From the NCBI GenBank assembly GCA_964016885.1, contig OZ024740.1:280054001-280118000 (forward strand): DNA of 64,000 bases. The letters are read 5' to 3'. The translations under genes were made by a program, and so were the position numbers. Source of the DNA: Eledone cirrhosa (lineage: Eukaryota). A model generated the notes under the pieces. It was not told where the DNA came from, ran no database searches, and saw only the letters and a list, made by a program, of their open reading frames with translations. Below are positions 42,701 to 53,007 of the stretch, one piece after another (the first letter of the stretch is position 1; each line of letters starts with the position of its first letter).

Positions 42701-45691
42701 GAAGAAAACGAATCCAAAAATGACGATTTGCCGGCGGAGTTACCTTTTTGATCGTGGGCCGGACGCCCGTGGTCGGATCGATCTGTAATTACTGGTATAT
42801 GTGCAGACACACATTTGCTGTGTGTGGTGTGATTTTCAAGAAAAGCTGCCCATGCTAAATGCGGAAGCTGAAGTCCGCCGGCGAATGGTGTGCTTCGAAG
42901 AAAACGAATCCAAAAATGACGATTTGCCGGCGGAGTTACCTTTTCAATCGCGGGCCGGCCGCCCGTGGTCGGATCGATCTGTAATTACTGGTACATGTGC
43001 AGACACTCATTGGCTATGTGCGGCGTGAATTCCAGCAAGATATCTCCGTAACATCAATAGTTGTGGCTGTGGAACCAAACCGTGTTAAACGTCAACAAAG
43101 TCCGCCGGCGAATGGTGTGCTTCGAAGAAAACGAATCCAAAAATGACGATTTGCCGGCGGAGTTACCTTTTCAATCGCGGGCCGGCCGCCCGTGGTCGGA
43201 TCGATCTGTAATTACTGGTACATGTGCAGACACTCATTGGCTATGTGCGGCGTGAATTTCAGCAAGATATCTCCGTAAAATCAATAGTTGTGGCTGTGGA
43301 ACCAAACCGTGTTAAACGTCAACAAAGTCCGCCGGCGAATGGTGTGCTTCGAAGAAAACGAATCCAAAAATGACGATTTGCCGGCGGAGTTACCTTTAAA
43401 ATCGCGGGCCGGCCGCCCGTGGTCGGATCGATCTGTAATTACTGGTACATGTGCAGACACTCATTGGCTATGTGCGGCGTGAATTCCAGCAAGATATCTC
43501 CGTAACATCAATAGTTGTGGCTGTGGAACCAAACCGTGTTAAACGTCAACAAAGTCCGCCGGCGAATGGTGTGCTTCGAAGAAAACGAATCCAAAAATGA
43601 CGATTTGCCGGCGGAGTTACCTTTTCAATCGCGGGCCGGCCGCCCGTGGTCGGATCGATCTGTAATTACTGGTACATGTGCAGACACTCATTGGCTATGT
43701 GTGCCGTGAATTTCAGCAAGATATCTCCGTAAAATCAATAGTTGTGGCTGTGGAACCAAACCGTGTTAAACGTCAACAAAGTCCGCCGGCGAATGGTGTG
43801 CTTCGAAGAAAACGAATCCAAAAATGACGATTTGCCGGCGGAGTTACCTTTTCGATCGTGGGCCGGACGCCGGTGGTCGGATCGATCTGTAATTACTGGT
43901 ATATGTGCAGACACACATTTGCTGTGTGTGGTGTGATTTTCAAGAAAAGCTGCCCATGCTAAATGCGGAAGCTGAAGTCCGCCGGCGAATGGTGTGCTTC
44001 GAAGAAAACGAATCCAAAAATGACGATTTGCCGGCGGAGTTACCTTTTCAATCGCGGGCCGGCCGCCCGTGGTCGGATCGATCTGTAATTACTGGTACAT
44101 GTGCAGACACTCATTGGCTATGTGCGGCGTGAATTCCAGCAAGATATCTCCGTAACATCAATAGTTGTGGCTGTGGAACCAAACCGTGTTAAACGTCAAC
44201 AAAGTCCGCCGGCGAATGGTGTGCTTCGAAGAAAACGAATCCAAAAATGACGATTTGCCGGCGGAGTTACCTTTTCAATCGCGGGCCGGCCGCCCGTGGT
44301 CGGATCGATCTGTAATTACTGGTACATGTGCAGACACTCATTGGCTATGTGCGGCGTGAATTTCAGCAAGATATCTCCGTAAAATCAATAGTTGTGGCTG
44401 TGGAACCAAACCGTGTTAAACGTCAACAAAGTCCGCCGGCGAATGGTGTGCTTCGAAGAAAACGAATCCAAAAATGACGATTTGCCGGCGGAGTTACCTT
44501 TAAAATCGCGGGCCGGCCGCCCGTGGTCGGATCGATCTGTAATTACTGGTACATGTGCAGACACTCATTGGCTATGTGTGCCGTGAATTTCAGCAAGATA
44601 TCTCCGTAAAATCAATAGTTGTGGCTGTGGAACCAAACCGTGTTAAACGTCAACAAAGTCCGCCGGCGAATGGTGTGCTTCGAAGAAAACGAATCCAAAA
44701 ATGACGATTTGCCGGCGGAGTTACCTTTTCGATCGTGGGCCGGACGCCCGTGGTCGGATCGATCTGTAATTACTGGTATATGTGCAGACACACATTTGCT
44801 GTGTGTGGTGTGATTTTCAAGAAAAGCTGCCCATGCTAAATGCGGAAGCTGAAGTCCGCCGGCGAATGGTGTGCTTCGAAGAAAACGAATCCAAAAATGA
44901 CGATTTGCCGGCGGAGTTACCTTTTCAATCGCGGGCCGGCCGCCCGTGGTCGGATCGATCTGTAATTACTGGTACATGTGCAGACACTCATTGGCTATGT
45001 GCGGCGTGAATTCCAGCAAGATATCTCCGTAACATCAATAGTTGTGGCTGTGGAACCAAACCGTGTTAAACGTCAACAAAGTCCGCCGGCGAATGGTGTG
45101 CTTCGAAGAAAACGAATCCAAAAATGACGATTTGCCGGCGGAGTTACCTTTTCAATCGCGGGCCGGCCGCCCGTGGTCGGATCGATCTGTAATTACTGGT
45201 ACATGTGCAGACACTCATTGGCTATGTGTGCCGTGAATTTCAGCAAGATATCTCCGTAAAATCAATAGTTGTGGCTGTGGAACCAAACCGTGTTAAACGT
45301 CAACAAAGTCCGCCGGCGAATGGTGTGCTTCGAAGAAAACGAATCCAAAAATGACGATTTGCCGGCGGAGTTACCTTTTCGATCGTGGGCTGGCCGCCCG
45401 TGGTCGGATCGATCTGTAATTACTGGTATATGTGCAGACACACATTTGCTGTGTGTGGTGTGATTTTCAAGAAAAGCTGCCCATGCTAAATGCGGAAGCT
45501 GAAGTCCGCCGGCGAATGGTGTGCTTCGAAGAAAACGAATCCAAAAATGACGATTTGCCGGCGGAGTTACCTTTTCAATCGCGGGCCGGCCGCCCGTGGT
45601 CGGATCGATCTGTAATTACTGGTACATGTGCAGACACTCATTGGCTATGTGCGGCGTGAATTCCAGCAAGATATCTCCGTAACATCAATAG

Positions 45692-48600
45692 TTGTGGCTG
45701 TGGAACCAAACCGTGTTAAACGTCAACAAAGTCCGCCGGCGAATGGTGTGCTTCGAAGAAAACGAATCCAAAAATGACGATTTGCCGGCGGAGTTACCTT
45801 TTCAATCGCGGGCCGGCCGCCCGTGGTCGGATCGATCTGTAATTACTGGTACATGTGCAGACACTCATTGGCTATGTGCGGCGTGAATTTCAGCAAGATA
45901 TCTCCGTAAAATCAATAGTTGTGGCTGTGGAACCAAACCGTGTTAAACGTCAACAAAGTCCGCCGGCGAATGGTGTGCTTCGAAGAAAACGAATCCAAAA
46001 ATGACGATTTGCCGGCGGAGTTACCTTTAAAATCGCGGGCCGGCCGCCCGTGGTCGGATCGATCTGTAATTACTGGTACATGTGCAGACACTCATTGGCT
46101 ATGTGCGGCGTGAATTCCAGCAAGATATCTCCGTAACATCAATAGTTGTGGCTGTGGAACCAAACCGTGTTAAACGTCAACAAAGTCCGCCGGCGAATGG
46201 TGTGCTTCGAAGAAAACGAATCCAAAAATGACGATTTGCCGGCGGAGTTACCTTTTCAATCGCGGGCCGGCCGCCCGTGGTCGGATCGATCTGTAATTAC
46301 TGGTACATGTGCAGACACTCATTGGCTATGTGTGCCGTGAATTTCAGCAAGATATCTCCGTAAAATCAATAGTTGTGGCTGTGGAACCAAACCGTGTTAA
46401 ACGTCAACAAAGTCCGCCGGCGAATGGTGTGCTTCGAAGAAAACGAATCCAAAAATGACGATTTGCCGGCGGAGTTACCTTTTCGATCGTGGGCCGGACG
46501 CCGGTGGTCGGATCGATCTGTAATTACTGGTATATGTGCAGACACACATTTGCTGTGTGTGGTGTGATTTTCAAGAAAAGCTGCCCATGCTAAATGCGGA
46601 AGCTGAAGTCCGCCGGCGAATGGTGTGCTTCGAAGAAAACGAATCCAAAAATGACGATTTGCCGGCGGAGTTACCTTTTCAATCGCGGGCCGGCCGCCCG
46701 TGGTCGGATCGATCTGTAATTACTGGTACATGTGCAGACACTCATTGGCTATGTGCGGCGTGAATTCCAGCAAGATATCTCCGTAACATCAATAGTTGTG
46801 GCTGTGGAACCAAACCGTGTTAAACGTCAACAAAGTCCGCCGGCGAATGGTGTGCTTCGAAGAAAACGAATCCAAAAATGACGATTTGCCGGCGGAGTTA
46901 CCTTTTCAATCGCGGGCCGGCCGCCCGTGGTCGGATCGATCTGTAATTACTGGTACATGTGCAGACACTCATTGGCTATGTGCGGCGTGAATTTCAGCAA
47001 GATATCTCCGTAAAATCAATAGTTGTGGCTGTGGAACCAAACCGTGTTAAACGTCAACAAAGTCCGCCGGCGAATGGTGTGCTTCGAAGAAAACGAATCC
47101 AAAAATGACGATTTGCCGGCGGAGTTACCTTTAAAATCGCGGGCCGGCCGCCCGTGGTCGGATCGATCTGTAATTACTGGTACATGTGCAGACACTCATT
47201 GGCTATGTGTGCCGTGAATTTCAGCAAGATATCTCCGTAAAATCAATAGTTGTGGCTGTGGAACCAAACCGTGTTAAACGTCAACAAAGTCCGCCGGCGA
47301 ATGGTGTGCTTCGAAGAAAACGAATCCAAAAATGACGATTTGCCGGCGGAGTTACCTTTTCGATCGTGGGCCGGACGCCCGTGGTCGGATCGATCTGTAA
47401 TTACTGGTATATGTGCAGACACACATTTGCTGTGTGTGGTGTGATTTTCAAGAAAAGCTGCCCATGCTAAATGCGGAAGCTGAAGTCCGCCGGCGAATGG
47501 TGTGCTTCGAAGAAAACGAATCCAAAAATGACGATTTGCCGGCGGAGTTACCTTTTCAATCGCGGGCCGGCCGCCCGTGGTCGGATCGATCTGTAATTAC
47601 TGGTACATGTGCAGACACTCATTGGCTATGTGCGGCGTGAATTCCAGCAAGATATCTCCGTAACATCAATAGTTGTGGCTGTGGAACCAAACCGTGTTAA
47701 ACGTCAACAAAGTCCGCCGGCGAATGGTGTGCTTCGAAGAAAACGAATCCAAAAATGACGATTTGCCGGCGGAGTTACCTTTTCAATCGCGGGCCGGCCG
47801 CCCGTGGTCGGATCGATCTGTAATTACTGGTACATGTGCAGACACTCATTGGCTATGTGTGCCGTGAATTTCAGCAAGATATCTCCGTAAAATCAATAGT
47901 TGTGGCTGTGGAACCAAACCGTGTTAAACGTCAACAAAGTCCGCCGGCGAATGGTGTGCTTCGAAGAAAACGAATCCAAAAATGACGATTTGCCGGCGGA
48001 GTTACCTTTTCGATCGTGGGCTGGCCGCCCGTGGTCGGATCGATCTGTAATTACTGGTATATGTGCAGACACACATTTGCTGTGTGTGGTGTGATTTTCA
48101 AGAAAAGCTGCCCATGCTAAATGCGGAAGCTGAAGTCCGCCGGCGAATGGTGTGCTTCGAAGAAAACGAATCCAAAAATGACGATTTGCCGGCGGAGTTA
48201 CCTTTTCAATCGCGGGCCGGCCGCCCGTGCTCGGATCGATCTGTAATTACTGGTACATGTGCAGACACTCATTGGCTATGTGTGGCGTGAATTTCAGCAA
48301 GATATCTCCGTAAATTCAATAGTTGTGGCTGTGGAACCAAACCGTGTTAAACGTCAACAAAGTCCGCCGGCGAATGGTGTGCTTCGAAGAAAACGAATCC
48401 AAAAATGACGATTTGCCGGCGGAGTTACCTTTTCAATCGCGGGCCGGCCGCCCGTGGTCGGATCGATCTGTAATTACTGGTATATGTGCAAACACACATT
48501 TGCTGTGTGTGGTGTGATTTTCAAGAAAAGCTGCCCATGCTAAATGCGGAAGCTGAAGTCCACCAGCGAATGCTGTGCTTCGAAGAAGCGAATCACAAAA

Positions 48601-51600
48601 ATGCGAATTTGCCGGCGGAGTTACCTTTTCGATCGTGGGCCGGCCGCCCGTGGTCGGATCGATCTGTAATTACTGGTATATGTGCAGACACTCATTGGTC
48701 GTGTGTGGTGTGATTTTCAAGAAAAGCTGCCCATGCTAAATGCGGAAGCTGCAGTCCACCATCGAATGGTGTGCTTCGAAGAAACGAATCACAAAAATGC
48801 GAATTTGCCGGCGGAGTTACCTTTTAGATCGTGGGCCGGCCGCCTGTGGTCGGATCGATCTGTAATTACTGGTCCATGTGCAGACACACATTTGCTGTGT
48901 GTGGTGTGATTTTCAAGAAAAGCTGCCCATGCTAAATGCGGAAGCTGAAGTCCGCCGGCGAATGGTGTGCTTCGAAGAAAACGAATCCAAAAATGACGAT
49001 TTGCCGGCGGAGTTACCCTTTCAATCGCGGGCCGGCGGCCCGTGGTCGAATCGATCTGTAATTACTGGTACATGTGCAGACACTCATTGGCTATGTGTGG
49101 CGTGAATTTCAGCAAGATATCTCCGTAAAATCAATAGTTGTGACTGTGGAACCAAACCGTGTTAAACGTCAACAAAGTCCGCCGGCGAATGGTGTGCTTC
49201 GAAGAAAACGAATCCAAAAATGACGATTTGCCGGCGGAGTTACCTTTTCAATCGCGGGCCGGCCGCCCGTGGTCGGATCGATCTGTAATTACTGGTACAT
49301 GTGCAGACACTCATTGGCTATGTGCGGCGTGAATTTCAGCAAGATATCTCCGTAAAATCAATAGTTGTGGCTGTGGAACCAAACCGTGTTAAACGTCAAC
49401 AAAGTCCGCCGGCGAATGGTGTGCTTCGAAGAAAACGAATCCAAAAATGACGATTTGCCGGCGGAGTTACCTTTAAAATCGCGGGCCGGCCGCCCGTGGT
49501 CGGATCGATCTGTAATTACTGGTACATGTGCAGACACTCATTGGCTATGTGCGGCGTGAATTCCAGCAAGATATCTCCGTAACATCAATAGTTGTGGCTG
49601 TGGAACCAAACCGTGTTAAACGTCAACAAAGTCCGCCGGCGAATGGTGTGCTTCGAAGAAAACGAATCCAAAAATGACGATTTGCCGGCGGAGTTACCTT
49701 TTCAATCGCGGGCCGGCCGCCCGTGGTCGGATCGATCTGTAATTACTGGTACATGTGCAGACACTCATTGGCTATGTGTGCCGTGAATTTCAGCAAGATA
49801 TCTCCGTAAAATCAATAGTTGTGGCTGTGGAACCAAACCGTGTTAAACGTCAACAAAGTCCGCCGGCGAATGGTGTGCTTCGAAGAAAACGAATCCAAAA
49901 ATGACGATTTGCCGGCGGAGTTACCTTTTCGATCGTGGGCCGGACGCCGGTGGTCGGATCGATCTGTAATTACTGGTATATGTGCAGACACACATTTGCT
50001 GTGTGTGGTGTGATTTTCAAGAAAAGCTGCCCATGCTAAATGCGGAAGCTGAAGTCCGCCGGCGAATGGTGTGCTTCGAAGAAAACGAATCCAAAAATGA
50101 CGATTTGCCGGCGGAGTTACCTTTTCAATCGCGGGCCGGCCGCCCGTGGTCGGATCGATCTGTAATTACTGGTACATGTGCAGACACTCATTGGCTATGT
50201 GCGGCGTGAATTCCAGCAAGATATCTCCGTAACATCAATAGTTGTGGCTGTGGAACCAAACCGTGTTAAACGTCAACAAAGTCCGCCGGCGAATGGTGTG
50301 CTTCGAAGAAAACGAATCCAAAAATGACGATTTGCCGGCGGAGTTACCTTTTCAATCGCGGGCCGGCCGCCCGTGGTCGGATCGATCTGTAATTACTGGT
50401 ACATGTGCAGACACTCATTGGCTATGTGCGGCGTGAATTTCAGCAAGATATCTCCGTAAAATCAATAGTTGTGGCTGTGGAACCAAACCGTGTTAAACGT
50501 CAACAAAGTCCGCCGGCGAATGGTGTGCTTCGAAGAAAACGAATCCAAAAATGACGATTTGCCGGCGGAGTTACCTTTAAAATCGCGGGCCGGCCGCCCG
50601 TGGTCGGATCGATCTGTAATTACTGGTACATGTGCAGACACTCATTGGCTATGTGTGCCGTGAATTTCAGCAAGATATCTCCGTAAAATCAATAGTTGTG
50701 GCTGTGGAACCAAACCGTGTTAAACGTCAACAAAGTCCGCCGGCGAATGGTGTGCTTCGAAGAAAACGAATCCAAAAATGACGATTTGCCGGCGGAGTTA
50801 CCTTTTCGATCGTGGGCCGGACGCCCGTGGTCGGATCGATCTGTAATTACTGGTATATGTGCAGACACACATTTGCTGTGTGTGGTGTGATTTTCAAGAA
50901 AAGCTGCCCATGCTAAATGCGGAAGCTGAAGTCCGCCGGCGAATGGTGTGCTTCGAAGAAAACGAATCCAAAAATGACGATTTGCCGGCGGAGTTACCTT
51001 TTCAATCGCGGGCCGGCCGCCCGTGGTCGGATCGATCTGTAATTACTGGTACATGTGCAGACACTCATTGGCTATGTGCGGCGTGAATTCCAGCAAGATA
51101 TCTCCGTAACATCAATAGTTGTGGCTGTGGAACCAAACCGTGTTAAACGTCAACAAAGTCCGCCGGCGAATGGTGTGCTTCGAAGAAAACGAATCCAAAA
51201 ATGACGATTTGCCGGCGGAGTTACCTTTTCAATCGCGGGCCGGCCGCCCGTGGTCGGATCGATCTGTAATTACTGGTACATGTGCAGACACTCATTGGCT
51301 ATGTGTGCCGTGAATTTCAGCAAGATATCTCCGTAAAATCAATAGTTGTGGCTGTGGAACCAAACCGTGTTAAACGTCAACAAAGTCCGCCGGCGAATGG
51401 TGTGCTTCGAAGAAAACGAATCCAAAAATGACGATTTGCCGGCGGAGTTACCTTTTCGATCGTGGGCTGGCCGCCCGTGGTCGGATCGATCTGTAATTAC
51501 TGGTATATGTGCAGACACACATTTGCTGTGTGTGGTGTGATTTTCAAGAAAAGCTGCCCATGCTAAATGCGGAAGCTGAAGTCCGCCGGCGAATGGTGTG

Positions 51601-52780
51601 CTTCGAAGAAAACGAATCCAAAAATGACGATTTGCCGGCGGAGTTACCTTTTCAATCGCGGGCCGGCCGCCCGTGCTCGGATCGATCTGTAATTACTGGT
51701 ACATGTGCAGACACTCATTGGCTATGTGTGGCGTGAATTTCAGCAAGATATCTCCGTAAATTCAATAGTTGTGGCTGTGGAACCAAACCGTGTTAAACGT
51801 CAACAAAGTCCGCCGGCGAATGGTGTGCTTCGAAGAAAACGAATCCAAAAATGACGATTTGCCGGCGGAGTTACCTTTTCAATCGCGGGCCGGCCGCCCG
51901 TGGTCGGATCGATCTGTAATTACTGGTATATGTGCAAACACACATTTGCTGTGTGTGGTGTGATTTTCAAGAAAAGCTGCCCATGCTAAATGCGGAAGCT
52001 GAAGTCCACCAGCGAATGCTGTGCTTCGAAGAAGCGAATCACAAAAATGCGAATTTGCCGGCGGAGTTACCTTTTCGATCGTGGGCCGGCCGCCCGTGGT
52101 CGGATCGATCTGTAATTACTGGTATATGTGCAGACACTCATTGGTCGTGTGTGGTGTGATTTTCAAGAAAAGCTGCCCATGCTAAATGCGGAAGCTGCAG
52201 TCCACCATCGAATGGTGTGCTTCGAAGAAACGAATCACAAAAATGCGAATTTGCCGGCGGAGTTACCTTTTAGATCGTGGGCCGGCCGCCTGTGGTCGGA
52301 TCGATCTGTAATTACTGGTCCATGTGCAGACACACATTTGCTGTGTGTGGTGTGATTTTCAAGAAAAGCTGCCCATGCTAAATGCGGAAGCTGAAGTCCG
52401 CCGGCGAATGGTGTGCTTCGAAGAAAACGAATCCAAAAATGACGATTTGCCGGCGGAGTTACCCTTTCAATCGCGGGCCGGCGGCCCGTGGTCGAATCGA
52501 TCTGTAATTACTGGTACATGTGCAGACACTCATTGGCTATGTGTGGCGTGAATTTCAGCAAGATATCTCCGTAAAATCAATAGTTGTGACTGTGGAACCA
52601 AACCGTGTTAAACGTCAACAAAGTCCGCCGGCGAATGGTGTGCTTCGAAGAAAACGAATCCAAAAATGACGATTTGCCGGCGGAGTTACCTTTTCAATCG
52701 CGGGCCGGCCGCCCGTGGTCGGATCGATCTGTAATTACTGGTACATGTGCAGACACTCATTGGCTATGTGTGGCGTGAAT
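45692..52780. repeat. Terminal tandem duplication of a 3446-bp block (10A+6B), overlapping a 2631-bp (9A+3B) duplication
   Basis: Private SNPs CCGTGCTC, GAAGCG, TTTTAGA, TTACCCT and TGTGACTG each occur twice, 3446 bp apart (ORFs 48063/51509, 48486/51932). Spacings 43905/46536 and 44782/47413 are 2631. Confidence 0.92.
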
Positions 52781-52977
52781 TTCAGCAAGATATCTCCGTA
52801 AAATCAATAGTTGTGGCTGTGGAACCAAACCGTGTTAAACGTCAACAATGTCCGCCGGCGAATGGTGTGCTTCGAAGAAAACGAATCCAAAAATGACGAT
52901 TTGCCGGCGGAGTTACCTTTACAATCGCGGCCCGTGGTCGGATCGATCTGTAATTACTGGTACATGTGCAGACACTC

Positions 52978-53007
52978 ATATACACACATATATATATATA
53001 CACATAT
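52978..53007. repeat. Short (TA)/(CA) microsatellite at the satellite-LINE junction
   Basis: ATATACACACATATATATATATACACATAT read directly. Confidence 0.9.

Larger units (their letters stand above)
1..52979. repeat. Tandem satellite DNA array with two related monomers (A 227 bp, B 196 bp), ~245 monomers; continues off the left edge of the window
   Basis: The core GTCCGCCGGCGAATGGTGTGCTTCGAAG...GATCGATCTGTAATTACTGG...GTGA recurs throughout. Repeated ORF starts are spaced 227 bp (648, 875, 1102) or 196 bp (191, 387). The core is followed by a long linker (TTTCAGCAAGATATCTCCG...GTTAAACGTCAACAAA) or a short one (TTTTCAAGAAAAGCTGCCCATGCTAAATGCGGAAGCTGAA). I counted ~85 B linkers by hand; ~160 A is from the remaining length. 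The last match is ...GCAGACACTCAT at 52979. Confidence 0.99.

Noticed and set aside
16-52551. About 250 repeated 64-135 aa ORFs as a tandem peptide gene family
   Set aside because: They mostly start at GTG/TTG, overlap in shifting frames because monomer lengths are not multiples of 3, and tolerate stops and frameshifts (e.g. ~3607, ~35991, ~49141). No recognisable domain.
1-52979. CRISPR-like repeat/spacer array
   Set aside because: The constant part is ~160 bp, there are only two 'spacer' types and they are related to each other, there are no cas genes, and the context is eukaryotic.
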